Shown: piece after piece, positions 39,796 to 50,547 of the stretch
Layout: every line of letters starts with the position of its first letter
Numbering within the stretch: position 1 is the first letter of the stretch
Source: Candidatus Falkowbacteria bacterium HGW-Falkowbacteria-1
GTDB lineage: Bacteria > Patescibacteriota > Patescibacteriia > Patescibacteriales > UBA12465
Length of the DNA stretch: 64,000 bases
Reading direction: 5' to 3'
NCBI GenBank assembly: GCA_002840305.1
Contig: PHAI01000001.1
Span: 229,463 to 293,462 of the forward strand
Notes under the pieces: generated by a model
Told to the model about the DNA's origin: nothing
Seen by the model: the letters and a program-made list of their open reading frames with translations, nothing else
Databases searched by the model: none
Translations under genes and position numbers: made by a program

Positions 39796-40914
39796 ATGAA
39801 TATTTTGATTTTAATAACCAAAAGTGAAATTGGTGGTGCTCAGAAATTTGTAGCCAATTTGGCGCAGGGCTTAAAAGAGAAGGGAAACAAGGTCTCTATA
39901 GCTTCTGGTGAAAATAAGGGCTATCTTTTTGACTTTGCCAAAAGTAATAGCATAGATTTTCATTTTATTAGAGGCTTGGAGAGAAATTCTAACCCCTTTG
40001 CTAGTTTTGTTTTTTTAATAGATTTTTATTTGTTTTTAAAGAAGAATAAGCCTGACGTGGTTCATTTAAACAGCTCAAACGCCCTATTGGGAGCGATTTC
40101 GGCCAAATTGGCTAACATGGGAGTCAAAACTGTTTTTACCGTTCACGGCTTATCTGTTTTGGATAGTAATTACAAGGGGAATTTATTCAAAAGGGCTATT
40201 TTTATGGCCTTTTTTAAATTTTGTTTTCTTTTTGTTGACGATCTCGTTTTTGTTAGTCAGAATAACCTAAAACTGTCCATAAAGAATAATATGTCCAAAA
40301 GAGGCAGATTGATATATAATGGTGTAGATTTGAGTTTTATTGGCAGAGAGGAGGCTAGGAGGTTTATATTAAACAAGGTTGGCCTAAACGAAGCTAGCGA
40401 TGTTTTTCTGCTTGGATCGATTGGTAGATTGGCTTACCCTAAAAATTATGAGTTTTTAATAGAAAATTTCCACAAAATAAAAGAAATTAGAAGGAATATT
40501 AAGTTAGTTATTATAGGCGATGGCCCAGAAAAAGAGAGATATGCCAGTTTAATAAAGGCCAATGGCCATGAAAAGGATATAATATTACTTGGTAAAATAG
40601 ATGATGCTAGCAAGTATTTAAAGGCTTTTGATTTGTTCATTTTGCCCTCTATTTTTGAGGGTCTTTCCATAGTCTTGATAGAGTCATTGTTGTCTGGCAT
40701 AAAAATTGTAGCCAGCAACGTCGGTGGCAACAGTGAGGTAATCGGAATGGATAATTGCTATAAACTTAATGATATTGATGATTTTTTAAGGATTTTTAGA
40801 GAAAAAATATCTTCTGTACAAAAAAGTTGTACAGATAAAAATAAAGACAGCATTGAAAGGACTAGCTTTTCATCGGATAAAATGGTTGACAAATATATGG
40901 ATGTTTACAGGTAA
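39796..40914 (+). CDS. Glycosyltransferase family 4
   Basis: GGAQ, IGRL..PKN and EGLSIVLIES (EX7E). Confidence 0.93.
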   Translation: MNILILITKSEIGGAQKFVANLAQGLKEKGNKVSIASGENKGYLFDFAKSNSIDFHFIRGLERNSNPFASFVFLIDFYLFLKKNKPDVVHLNSSNALLGAISAKLANMGVKTVFTVHGLSVLDSNYKGNLFKRAIFMAFFKFCFLFVDDLVFVSQNNLKLSIKNNMSKRGRLIYNGVDLSFIGREEARRFILNKVGLNEASDVFLLGSIGRLAYPKNYEFLIENFHKIKEIRRNIKLVIIGDGPEKERYASLIKANGHEKDIILLGKIDDASKYLKAFDLFILPSIFEGLSIVLIESLLSGIKIVASNVGGNSEVIGMDNCYKLNDIDDFLRIFREKISSVQKSCTDKNKDSIERTSFSSDKMVDKYMDVYR

Positions 40915-40942
40915 TAATTTTATTATTTATTAAAATTTGTAT

Positions 40943-41884
40943 ATGAGAATATTAATAACTGGTGGATCTGGATTTATAGGCTCTTTTTTAAGTGAAAAGC
41001 TTGTAACTGATGGGCATGAGGTGCTTTGTTTGGACAATCTTTTTACCGGGAACAAGGAGAATGTTGCTCATTTGTTAGATAAAAACAATTTTTCTTTTAT
41101 AAACCACGATATTATTGATCCCTTTTATTTTGATGGAAAAATAGATCAGATATACAATTTGGCCTGCCCAGCCTCTCCTATTCATTATCAACAAAATCCT
41201 GTGAGAACTATTAAAGCTAATACCATTGGTGTTATAAATATGCTCGGTTTAGCTAGAGCCCATGGGGCTAAAATTCTCCAGGCATCAACTAGCGAGGTCT
41301 ATGGAGACCCAGAAGTTAGCCCTCAGAAGGAGAATTACAGAGGGAGCGTTAACACTATCGGCCCTCGGGCTTGTTACGACGAGGGTAAAAGATGTGCTGA
41401 GACTCTCTTTTTTGATTATAAAAGGATGCATGGCATGAATATTAAAGTAATTAGGATTTTTAATACTTATGGACCCAAGATGGCTTTAGACGATGGAAGG
41501 GTAATGTCTAATTTTATAATTCAAGCTTTGAAAAATGAGAATATCACTATTTATGGTGATGGTAGTCAGACTAGAAGTTTTTGCTACATCAGTGACTTGG
41601 TTGATGGTATGGTTAAAATGATGAATTCTGATTTTAGTGGTCCTATAAATTTGGGAAATCCGAACGAAATGACCATCAAATCTTTGGCCGAAATGATAAT
41701 TAAGAAATTGAACAGTAAAAGCAAGTTGATATTTATGAATTTACCAGAGGATGATCCAAAACAGAGATGTCCAGATATTTCCTTGGCTAAAAGTAAATTA
41801 AATTGGGAGCCGAAAGTTTCTCTGGAAGAAGGTCTAGATTATATATCTGATTTTTTTAAGAAAAAGCTAGAAAATATAGAATAA
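40943..41884 (+). CDS. UDP-glucuronate decarboxylase (UDP-xylose synthase)
   Basis: [43 protein letters not shown] and [10 protein letters not shown]. Confidence 0.93.
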   Translation: MRILITGGSGFIGSFLSEKLVTDGHEVLCLDNLFTGNKENVAHLLDKNNFSFINHDIIDPFYFDGKIDQIYNLACPASPIHYQQNPVRTIKANTIGVINMLGLARAHGAKILQASTSEVYGDPEVSPQKENYRGSVNTIGPRACYDEGKRCAETLFFDYKRMHGMNIKVIRIFNTYGPKMALDDGRVMSNFIIQALKNENITIYGDGSQTRSFCYISDLVDGMVKMMNSDFSGPINLGNPNEMTIKSLAEMIIKKLNSKSKLIFMNLPEDDPKQRCPDISLAKSKLNWEPKVSLEEGLDYISDFFKKKLENIE

Positions 41885-41894
41885 TTTTAAAGAA

Positions 41895-44177
41895 ATGGAT
41901 AAAAATAAGAGAATCTTAATATTTTCCACTGCTTATTTTCCTTTTGTAGGAGGTGCAGAGGTGGCCGTCAAAGAGATAACCGATCGTTTAGGCTCCAGTT
42001 TTTCTTTTGACTTAATTACGGCGAAACTGAAAAGGGGTTTGCCCAGCCTTGAGAGAATTGGCGAAGTTAATGTTTATAGGCTGGGAATCGGTCATCCTTT
42101 GTTTGATAAACTTTTCTTGGCATTTTTAGGCTGGATAAAAGCTAAAAAATTAAATAAAAAGAATAAATACATATTTTCCTGGGCGATTATGGCTAGCTAT
42201 GGAGGTTTATCGGCTTTATTTTTTAAAAAAATATGTAGAACTCCCTTGTTTTTGACCCTACAAGAGGGCGATGACCTTGAATATATTAAGAAAAAAAGCT
42301 CTTTTATTAGAAAAAGCTTTTTGGAAATATTCAGTCGGGCTGATTTTATTCAAACTATTAGTAATTTTTTAAAATATTGGGCAATTAAAAATGGGGCCGA
42401 GTCAGAAATTCGAGTTATCCCTAATGGGGTTGATTGGCAAAAGTTTAGAAAGCCAGAAGGATTTGATAAACAAAATTTTCGTTTAAACTTGGGCTTTCAT
42501 GATGATGACAAGTTAATTATAACTACCTCTCGTTTAGTTAAGAAAAATGGCATAAAAGACTTAATTAGAGCTTTGTCTTTTTTAGATGAAGAATTTAAAC
42601 TTTTAATATTGGGTGAAGGGGAAGAAAAAGATGAATTAGTAAGATTAAGTGGAGATCTAGCCTTAAAAGATAGAATATATTTTCTAGGTACGATAAATCA
42701 TCAAGAGTTACCAAAATATTTATGGAGTAGCGACGTTTTTTGTCGCCCATCGTTGTCAGAAGGATTGGGCAATTCATTTTTGGAGGCAATGGCCGCTGGG
42801 CTTCCAGTGGTGGCTACTGAAGTTGGCGGTATTCCCGATTTTTTATGTGATGAAAAAAATGGTTTATTTTGTCAGGCAGAAAATGCTAAAAGCATTGCTA
42901 GCAAGATTAAACAAATATTTGACGATAGCAATCTTAGAAAAAAAATGGTTATAGAAGGTGCAAAAACAATACAAGAATCTTATACCTGGGATTTGGTCGC
43001 CGGTAGAATGTTTAAGGCTTTTATTGATCTAAATATTAAAAATAAGAACAGGAAATTAAATATATTAATTGCTACTGGAATTTTTCCACCAGATATTGGT
43101 GGCCCGGCGACTTATAGTAAATTATTGCTAGAAGAGTTGCCCAAAAGAAATTTTGCGGTTTCACTTCTAAGTTTTTCAAGTTTTCGAGATAAGTATCCAA
43201 AAATTATTAGTCATTTTTTATATTTTTTAAATATTTTAAAAGAGGGTAGGAATGTGGAGGTGATTTACGTTCAAGACCCGGTAAGTGTTGGTTTGCCAGT
43301 TTCTTTGGCCAACTTATTTTTACGAAAAAAAATGATATTAAAAATAGTTGGTGATTATGCTTGGGAGCAGGGATGTCAAAGGTTTAAGATCGTAGATTTG
43401 CTTGATGATTTTTCCCTTAAGTTTAAGGAGTATAATTTGATGGTCAAAATTTTAAAAAGAATTCAGCTTTTTTCGGCCAGACAAGCCACGATGATAATTG
43501 TTCCTAGCAATTATTTGAAAAAGATCGTGTCCAATTGGGGTGTAAGAGGGGATAAGATAAAGGTTATTTATAATGCTTTTAATGGTGCTTTGTGTGATTT
43601 AAATAAAGAAAGCGCCAGAAGAAATTTGGGGATAGATTTTGATGACAAAATAATTATTAGTGCTGGAAGGTTGGTGCCCTGGAAAGGTTTTGATAAGTTA
43701 ATTGAAGCGTTCAAAATTTTTTCCATTGGGGATGATAGAGCTAAATTGTTTATAGCTGGTGGAGGCACTGATGAAGACAAACTATTAGAATTAATTAAAG
43801 ATTTAAATTTGGAAAATAAAGTTGTTCTGTTGGGGAAACTGGAAAGAAACAAATTAATGCAGTATGTTATAGCCAGTGATGTTTTTGCGCTGAATACGTC
43901 TTATGAAGGCTTTTCTCATCAGTTGCTTGAAGTTATGTCTCTGGGTATACCAATAATGACGACTAGAGTTGGCGGCAATGTTGAACTCATTAGTGACAGG
44001 GAAAACGGTCTTTTTTTCGACTTCAATGATGTTCAAAAAATGAACGAATTAATGTTTGAATTATTTAATGATTCGGTTTTAAGATATAAAATATCGGAAA
44101 AGGCCTTGTTGAGAATAACCGACTTTAATGAAAATAAAATGTTTGAAGAATTAACTAATTTTTTAAGAGAAGTATAA
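41895..44177 (+). CDS. Tandem double glycosyltransferase family 4
   Basis: Two complete GT-B modules: GGAE...EGLGNSFLEA and GGPA...EGFSHQLLEV. Confidence 0.92.
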   Translation: MDKNKRILIFSTAYFPFVGGAEVAVKEITDRLGSSFSFDLITAKLKRGLPSLERIGEVNVYRLGIGHPLFDKLFLAFLGWIKAKKLNKKNKYIFSWAIMASYGGLSALFFKKICRTPLFLTLQEGDDLEYIKKKSSFIRKSFLEIFSRADFIQTISNFLKYWAIKNGAESEIRVIPNGVDWQKFRKPEGFDKQNFRLNLGFHDDDKLIITTSRLVKKNGIKDLIRALSFLDEEFKLLILGEGEEKDELVRLSGDLALKDRIYFLGTINHQELPKYLWSSDVFCRPSLSEGLGNSFLEAMAAGLPVVATEVGGIPDFLCDEKNGLFCQAENAKSIASKIKQIFDDSNLRKKMVIEGAKTIQESYTWDLVAGRMFKAFIDLNIKNKNRKLNILIATGIFPPDIGGPATYSKLLLEELPKRNFAVSLLSFSSFRDKYPKIISHFLYFLNILKEGRNVEVIYVQDPVSVGLPVSLANLFLRKKMILKIVGDYAWEQGCQRFKIVDLLDDFSLKFKEYNLMVKILKRIQLFSARQATMIIVPSNYLKKIVSNWGVRGDKIKVIYNAFNGALCDLNKESARRNLGIDFDDKIIISAGRLVPWKGFDKLIEAFKIFSIGDDRAKLFIAGGGTDEDKLLELIKDLNLENKVVLLGKLERNKLMQYVIASDVFALNTSYEGFSHQLLEVMSLGIPIMTTRVGGNVELISDRENGLFFDFNDVQKMNELMFELFNDSVLRYKISEKALLRITDFNENKMFEELTNFLREV

Positions 44178-44178
44178 T

Positions 44179-45354
44179 ATGATTAATAATAAATATTTGA
44201 ATGTTTTGTCCATATCTTCTTACGGCGCAGATTTATCTGAAAATAGTGATAATGTTTTTTCCGGAGCCCAATTACGTCAAATAGATTATTCGAAGTTTTT
44301 CAATAAATATATAATAATTGTTCCTAGTAAAAAAGTATTTGAGAATAAAAGAATTGAGCTTTCCGATAATTTATTTGTTTATTCCATTTATGCTAATAAT
44401 AAATTGATTTTTTTAATAAAAGCTTACATAAAATCCTGTAAAATTATAAGAACAGAAAATATAAACCTTATAAGCTCTGATAATCCTTTTGATTCTGGCT
44501 TTATTGGTGTTTTATTAAAACTTAGATTCAGAGTTACCTTGCTTGTTCACAGTATGGCTGAAATGATTGATAACCGTTACTATATAAGAGAGAGATTCTT
44601 TAATTTTTTCAAGAATTTATTAGCGAAAGTCGTTTGTTTTTTTGCTGATTATGTAAGGGTTTCTACTAACACGGAAATAGAGAGAATGGCGGGAAGGGGT
44701 TTTAACAAAAAAAAGTTGTTGAAAGCAGGTTTCTATATTGACGGCGAAAGATTTGAGAATGCCGAATTAGACCAAAATTTAAAAGATACTATTTTGCAGG
44801 GTAAGTATGATAAAATAGTTCTTTATTTGGGAAGGATAGCATTACAGAAGGATATAAAAACATTACTTTTTAGCGTTCCGGATGTAATTAAACGCTTCCC
44901 TAAAACATTATTTTTGATTATTGGTGATGGTCCAGAAATGAATAATATTAAGAAAACAGTGAAAAAACTAAAGATTAATAATAATGTTGTTTTGTTGGGG
45001 AGGGTAAAATATAATGATGTGCCTAAATATTATAAAATAGCTGATATATTTTGTGCTACTTCAATTTATGAAGGGACCTGTATGACTCTTCATGAAGCTG
45101 CTGCCAGCAGACTTCCAATAATAGCAACAAAATTTGCCGGCGCGGTTGATTTAATAAAAAATGAGGAAAACGGTTATCTCGTTGAAATAGATGATAGTTT
45201 AGATTTGTCTGATAAACTAAAAAATATTTTAAGTGAACCAAATAAAATAAGAGTTATGGGTGAAAATAATTATAAAATTTTTAAAAATTTTCTTGATAAG
45301 GAAAAAATTTTGCAAGAGCACAAAGCTTTTTTCGAATATATTAAAAATAATTAA
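44179..45354 (+). CDS. Glycosyltransferase family 4
   Basis: LGRIALQK and YEGTCMTLHEA. Confidence 0.9.
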   Translation: MINNKYLNVLSISSYGADLSENSDNVFSGAQLRQIDYSKFFNKYIIIVPSKKVFENKRIELSDNLFVYSIYANNKLIFLIKAYIKSCKIIRTENINLISSDNPFDSGFIGVLLKLRFRVTLLVHSMAEMIDNRYYIRERFFNFFKNLLAKVVCFFADYVRVSTNTEIERMAGRGFNKKKLLKAGFYIDGERFENAELDQNLKDTILQGKYDKIVLYLGRIALQKDIKTLLFSVPDVIKRFPKTLFLIIGDGPEMNNIKKTVKKLKINNNVVLLGRVKYNDVPKYYKIADIFCATSIYEGTCMTLHEAAASRLPIIATKFAGAVDLIKNEENGYLVEIDDSLDLSDKLKNILSEPNKIRVMGENNYKIFKNFLDKEKILQEHKAFFEYIKNN

Positions 45355-45382
45355 AGTTATATTTACATAAAATCAGATATAT

Positions 45383-46432
45383 ATGAAAATGCTTATATTA
45401 ACTCAAAAGATGGATAGGAATGATAGTATTTTGGGATTTTTTCATCGTTGGGTAGAGGAGTTCGCTAAAAATTGCGAAAAGGTAATAGTTATTTGTCTTT
45501 ATGAAGGAAAACATAATCTGCCAGAGAATGTACAGGTTTTGTCTTTGGGTAAAGAAAGTGGTGTCTCAAAGTTAAAATATATTTTTAGATTTTATAAGTA
45601 TATTTGGCAATATAGAAAAGACTATGAAAACGTTTTTGTTCATATGAATCAAATTTATGTTATTTTGAGTTCTTTTTTGTGGAAGTTTTTAGGCAAGAAA
45701 ATTGGTTTATGGTATGCCCATGGTGGTATTAGTAAGTCTTTGAAGATGGCGGAAAGGAGAACGAATATTGTTTTTACTTCAACCCCTTCCGGCTTTAGAT
45801 TAAAAAGCGCTAAAATAAGAATAGTCGGGCAGGGAATAGATGCAAATGTTTTCAAGGCAGATAGAAATAAGAGAGACAAAAGCATTTTTAAGATAACAAC
45901 GGTTGGTAGAATATCTCCCATAAAAGATTATGAAACACTTATTTATTCATTAGAGACAGCAAGAACCAAATTGGGTAATTTAAAGGTAGATATAATCGGC
46001 GAAGCCTGTACGGAAGACGACAAAAAATATTTGTTAGATTTGAAAAAAATAATTAGTAGTTATGATTTAGATGGTGTTGTTAATTTCGTTGGTCCGCTTA
46101 GCAATGAAGAGGTGGTGCCTTATTTGCAGCGCTCTGATTTGTTTGTTAATATGAGTCATACTGGTAGCCTGGATAAAGCAATCCTGGAGGCGATGGCCTG
46201 TGGCCTTTCTGTTTTGACTTGCAATGAAGCGTTGTTAGCTCTAGATTTAAAAAATAAAGATGATTTGATGTTTGTTAAAAATGACGTCAAAGATTTGTCA
46301 GATAAAATATTGAAAAACTATTTAATGAGTGCGGAGGACAGAATTAAATTGGAGGAGTATTTGTCAGCTTTCGTATCAAATACTTTTTCTCTAGATCTAT
46401 TAATTGCTAAAATTATAAAAAATTATGGATAA
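45383..46432 (+). CDS. Glycosyltransferase family 4
   Basis: VGRISPIK and TGSLDKAILEAMACG. Confidence 0.9.
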   Translation: MKMLILTQKMDRNDSILGFFHRWVEEFAKNCEKVIVICLYEGKHNLPENVQVLSLGKESGVSKLKYIFRFYKYIWQYRKDYENVFVHMNQIYVILSSFLWKFLGKKIGLWYAHGGISKSLKMAERRTNIVFTSTPSGFRLKSAKIRIVGQGIDANVFKADRNKRDKSIFKITTVGRISPIKDYETLIYSLETARTKLGNLKVDIIGEACTEDDKKYLLDLKKIISSYDLDGVVNFVGPLSNEEVVPYLQRSDLFVNMSHTGSLDKAILEAMACGLSVLTCNEALLALDLKNKDDLMFVKNDVKDLSDKILKNYLMSAEDRIKLEEYLSAFVSNTFSLDLLIAKIIKNYG

Positions 46433-47141
46433 TGTTCAACAAAAACAAGAGGAAGAATATTCAAGGCCTTATCATTATTTTATAAATAGAAACAGTAGAG
46501 TCGGTCTTTTTTATTATTCTTATATTCAGCCGGTGATTGACTATATAGAGAAAAAAGAAAATTTTACAATTCTTGACGCTGGCTGTGGAGATGGTTTTGT
46601 CGAAAGCATGCTTGGCGACAAAAACAAAATTTATGGGGTTGATTATTCTGAAAGGGCTATTAAATTTGCAAAATTATTTAACGAGGAATCAAAATCGAAA
46701 ACTTTTTCTTGTCAAAGTATTTCCGATTTAGATTTTTCTGGTGATTATTTTGATTTAATTGTCAACTTGGCCGTTTTTGAACACATTAGGCCGGATGTTT
46801 GTGGCGATGTTTTGAAGGAGTTGAACAGGGTTATTAAGGGCGACGGTAAGTTGATTATGGCTGTTCCTACGAAGAATCTACCAAAGCCAGGTAAACATTA
46901 TAGACATTTTTGTTATGATGAAATAGAGACTTTATTGAAGGATAATGGTTTTTTTATTGATGAATATTCATATGTGTTTAACAAAAACTTTAATTATATT
47001 GCAAAGTTTATAGATAATAGCGCTTGGCAAATTAGTTTCTTGTTAAAATTTTTAGGAAAAATTTTCAGAAAATATTTTATTTCTGCTAATAAAAAAAATG
47101 GTCTTATGATGTTAATTTTTTGTAAAAAAATTAATAAATAA
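46425..47141 (+). CDS. Class I SAM-dependent methyltransferase
   Basis: ILDAGCGDG, GVDYS and VFEHI. Confidence 0.9.
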   Translation: MDNVQQKQEEEYSRPYHYFINRNSRVGLFYYSYIQPVIDYIEKKENFTILDAGCGDGFVESMLGDKNKIYGVDYSERAIKFAKLFNEESKSKTFSCQSISDLDFSGDYFDLIVNLAVFEHIRPDVCGDVLKELNRVIKGDGKLIMAVPTKNLPKPGKHYRHFCYDEIETLLKDNGFFIDEYSYVFNKNFNYIAKFIDNSAWQISFLLKFLGKIFRKYFISANKKNGLMMLIFCKKINK

Positions 47142-47147
47142 AATATT

Positions 47148-47813
47148 ATGAGTGTTCAGCTTAAAGAAATAAAAGAATCAAAAACTTTTAATAGAATAGT
47201 AAGCAAATATAATTTAGATTCCAAGAAGGTTTTAGATCTTGGTTGCGGAACGGGGCAACATTTACTTAAATTTGGCCCAGATAGTCTTGGGGTTACTATT
47301 ACTACAAGTGAAATAGAGGACGGTCGAAATAATAAATTAAATATTGTTGGTGGCAATGTTGAATTTATTGACAATATGGGTTTAGATTCTGATTTTCAGA
47401 TAATTTGGGCTAATAATTTGATTGAGCATCTTTTGTCTCCTCATTCATTTTTAATTAAACTAAAAACAATTTCCAATAAAGACACGCTTTTAATTTTGGG
47501 GGTTCCTGTTATTCCCAAAATTCATAGTTTGTTAAAATTAAAAAAATTTAAAGGTTCCTTGGCCATTAATCATGTGAATTTCTTTAATAAAAAAACATTA
47601 GAGAAAACAGTTGAAAGAGCCGGTTGGAGGATAATTGATTCAAAATCTTTCGTTTTTGCTAATAATTTTTTAGATAAAATATTTGGTTTAATTTCTCCGC
47701 ATATTTATATTGTGGCCAGCAATGATACTGGCTTTAAATATTCTATAAAAAAAATTAAAGAATGTGAAAATGATAAACGCTATCAAGATTTGTTAGATAT
47801 CGTAGAAAAATAA
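47148..47813 (+). CDS. Class I SAM-dependent methyltransferase
   Basis: VLDLGCGTG and LIEHL.SP. Confidence 0.88.
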   Translation: MSVQLKEIKESKTFNRIVSKYNLDSKKVLDLGCGTGQHLLKFGPDSLGVTITTSEIEDGRNNKLNIVGGNVEFIDNMGLDSDFQIIWANNLIEHLLSPHSFLIKLKTISNKDTLLILGVPVIPKIHSLLKLKKFKGSLAINHVNFFNKKTLEKTVERAGWRIIDSKSFVFANNFLDKIFGLISPHIYIVASNDTGFKYSIKKIKECENDKRYQDLLDIVEK

Positions 47814-47841
47814 ATTTGATTAATAAATTATAACAATTGTT

Positions 47842-48648
47842 ATGTTCTACAAAATTATTGAAAAAATTAAGTTTAATTATAAGGTGTCTTTTAATTTTGG
47901 GTTAAACTTTTTTTATAAAATCAAGTTTTTTTTATCATTGTTTTTAATTTCAATTTCAAAAAAAATAGTGCCTAAAATAAATTATTCGATTAAGTTAATT
48001 TTAAGAAATGATAAGAGCGTCTTTTCGTTTTATTTGTCAGACATCTCAGATTTAGGTGCTTTTACTGAGATATTCATAAACAAGGAGTATGAAGTGAATT
48101 TGTCCAAGGATCCTGGTATTATTTTTGATTTAGGCAGTAATTCTGGTCTTTCGGTTATATATTTTAAACTTAAGTATCCAAATTCGAAAATTTTTGCCTT
48201 TGAGCCCAATCCATTTGCATTTGAAAAGTTAAAAAAGAATACGGCTCAGTTTAGTGATGTTTTTTATTATAACGTGGCCATATCGGATCTTGATGGTTCG
48301 GATAAATTTTATGTTTGTGATGTAGACAGCTTGTCGTCTTCCTTTGTCAAAAGAAAAACAAAAGGGCACTATTTAGAGGTTAAAACGAGAAGTATTGGCA
48401 GTCTAATTAAAGAGCTTGGCTTAGATAGAATTGATTTAATGAAGTTTGATGTTGAGGGTGCTGAATTTAAAATATTTAATAATGATTTTCCTTTTGATTT
48501 GTTTGATTCAATGATTGGTGAAGTTCATTTGGACCTAATTGATTTTAATATTGATAAACAAGAATTTTTGAGTAAATTTAAACAGTTTTATAATGTTAAT
48601 ATTTTTGATATTTCAAATAAAAGATTTGTTTTAAAAATTGAAAAATAA
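47842..48648 (+). CDS. FkbM family methyltransferase
   Basis: FDLGSNSG, FAFEP and MKFDVEGAE. Confidence 0.9.
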   Translation: MFYKIIEKIKFNYKVSFNFGLNFFYKIKFFLSLFLISISKKIVPKINYSIKLILRNDKSVFSFYLSDISDLGAFTEIFINKEYEVNLSKDPGIIFDLGSNSGLSVIYFKLKYPNSKIFAFEPNPFAFEKLKKNTAQFSDVFYYNVAISDLDGSDKFYVCDVDSLSSSFVKRKTKGHYLEVKTRSIGSLIKELGLDRIDLMKFDVEGAEFKIFNNDFPFDLFDSMIGEVHLDLIDFNIDKQEFLSKFKQFYNVNIFDISNKRFVLKIEK

Positions 48649-48653
48649 AATTT

Positions 48654-49277
48654 ATGCTTTCTATAATAAGAGATCTTGAATACAAAACAATTTCGAACTT
48701 AAGTTTGGATGGAAAAATTTTGGATTTGGGTGGTAGCAAGAAGTCCGGGTATCATCAATTAATCGGCGGGAAACATGAAATTTTGACTGTTAACATAGAC
48801 TCGGATTACGGTTGTGATTTGGTTTTTGATATCGAGAAGTCTTTCCCCCTAGAAGATAATAGCTTTGATTTTATTTTGCTTATGAATGTCTTGGAGCATA
48901 TTTATAAATTTGAAAATGTTATTTCAGAATCTAGCAGGGTGTTAAAAAAGGAGGGGAAAATATATTTGGCCGTTCCCTTTATGCATCAAATTCACGGATC
49001 TCCTAATGATTTTTTTAGATATTCTAAGGCTACGTTGGAAAGATTGTTGTTGGAAAATAATTTTGAAAAGATAGAAATAAAGGAGCTTGGTTTTGGTTTT
49101 TTATCTCTTGGATTTCAGACTTTTTTTATTGGTTTTATTCCTTTTTTGTTTTGCAAAAATGTCGTTAAGAGTTTGTTTATTCTTATTGATAAAATTATTT
49201 TAAAATTTTCACCACGTTATCGCCGTTGGGCAAAAAACAACCCAATGGGTTATTGGGTTTCGGCTACAAAGAAATAA
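48654..49277 (+). CDS. Class I SAM-dependent methyltransferase
   Basis: ILDLGG, NVLEHI and VPF...HGSPNDFFR. Confidence 0.88.
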   Translation: MLSIIRDLEYKTISNLSLDGKILDLGGSKKSGYHQLIGGKHEILTVNIDSDYGCDLVFDIEKSFPLEDNSFDFILLMNVLEHIYKFENVISESSRVLKKEGKIYLAVPFMHQIHGSPNDFFRYSKATLERLLLENNFEKIEIKELGFGFLSLGFQTFFIGFIPFLFCKNVVKSLFILIDKIILKFSPRYRRWAKNNPMGYWVSATKK

Positions 49278-49293
49278 TTTGTTAAATAGTTTG

Positions 49294-50547
49294 TTATTTG
49301 CTTATTTTTTTATTAGATAAGAAGATTAATTCGAAAACGTAGGAAAGTAATATGGCAAATATTATTCCAGTTATGCCAAAATAATTTATAAGAACAAAAA
49401 GTAATATAATTCTTATTATCGGTTTGATGATGTTGTACTGATACAAGGTCATTTTTTTTTCTTTAGCCTGGAATGCACTTATCAGCAACATTATGGGCCC
49501 TATAAGAACGAGCGATAGTGAAAACAATTGAGAGTAAAATATTGATTCTAAATATTGAGGAAAGAATACTCTATAAGCAAAGGGCGCTATTAAGATATAA
49601 CAAAACGACATTATTGCTAAAATGAGGGTCATTTTTAGTATCTTTGGTTTTAAATTTGTTTTTAAGTTTTCGGTGCTTGTTGCACTAAATTTTGGCAATG
49701 CTAACGCATTTATGTTTTTTATTAACCCTTTCATCTGCTCAACTGGAGCTATCGCTATGGAATATATAGCCAGCTCAGAGGCCCCTAGGTAATGGAATAT
49801 TAATAGTTTGTCCAAATAAATAGAGAAAATATTCAAGATGGACATTAGGCTTAAATGTTTCCCATAAGAAATAGTATTCGGGTCTTTTTTTTCATTTAAT
49901 TTGTTTTTTGAAAGAGTTATTTTTAATAAGATTAATCTAAGCAATGTATTACTTAATAAATATGAACTAACTATTAGATATATATTTTTTGTGAAAAAGA
50001 TGGTCACAACCATTGTTATGGCTGATATTATTCTGATGAAGACAGTGTAGCGACCTAAAGTTTTAAAATTTTTTTTTCCATTTAAATAGGACTCGTATAT
50101 TAGAATAGAATCCATGAATGGTATAAAAACGGAGACTATTAAAAAGGCGATTGCCAAAGTATCGTTGTTTTGTAGGTAATAGTAGAGGGCAAGACTTAAC
50201 CCCAACAGACCTCCAAGTAGTCCCCATTTAATTTTTGTTTTAAGGGCCGAGATAAGCGAACCTTCATAACCACGAGCCACGGCCTGTATTATGGCTGTAT
50301 TCATCCCGGTTAGTGTTGGTATGGCTAACAGAGAAACTATGGACATTATATATTTATAAGTTCCATAAGTTTCTTTGGGTAGTAAGTTGGCGAAGGCTAT
50401 AGCTAATAAAAAAGCAGAAACACTAGACACGCCCTGTCCCAGTGTTAGCCAAAAGCCTCCTTCGGCCAGATAAACCATGTCAGTTTTTGTCCATTTTTCT
50501 GATTTTTTTAGCAATTTATAGATTGCTATTTTTATTTTTTCAATCAT
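49294..50547 (-). CDS. Oligosaccharide flippase (Wzx-like)
   Basis: About 12 TM segments, LLP..YG.Y and DKLLIFHYLG...LAIYSIA. Confidence 0.88.
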   Translation of the reverse strand: MIEKIKIAIYKLLKKSEKWTKTDMVYLAEGGFWLTLGQGVSSVSAFLLAIAFANLLPKETYGTYKYIMSIVSLLAIPTLTGMNTAIIQAVARGYEGSLISALKTKIKWGLLGGLLGLSLALYYYLQNNDTLAIAFLIVSVFIPFMDSILIYESYLNGKKNFKTLGRYTVFIRIISAITMVVTIFFTKNIYLIVSSYLLSNTLLRLILLKITLSKNKLNEKKDPNTISYGKHLSLMSILNIFSIYLDKLLIFHYLGASELAIYSIAIAPVEQMKGLIKNINALALPKFSATSTENLKTNLKPKILKMTLILAIMSFCYILIAPFAYRVFFPQYLESIFYSQLFSLSLVLIGPIMLLISAFQAKEKKMTLYQYNIIKPIIRIILLFVLINYFGITGIIFAILLSYVFELIFLSNKKISK

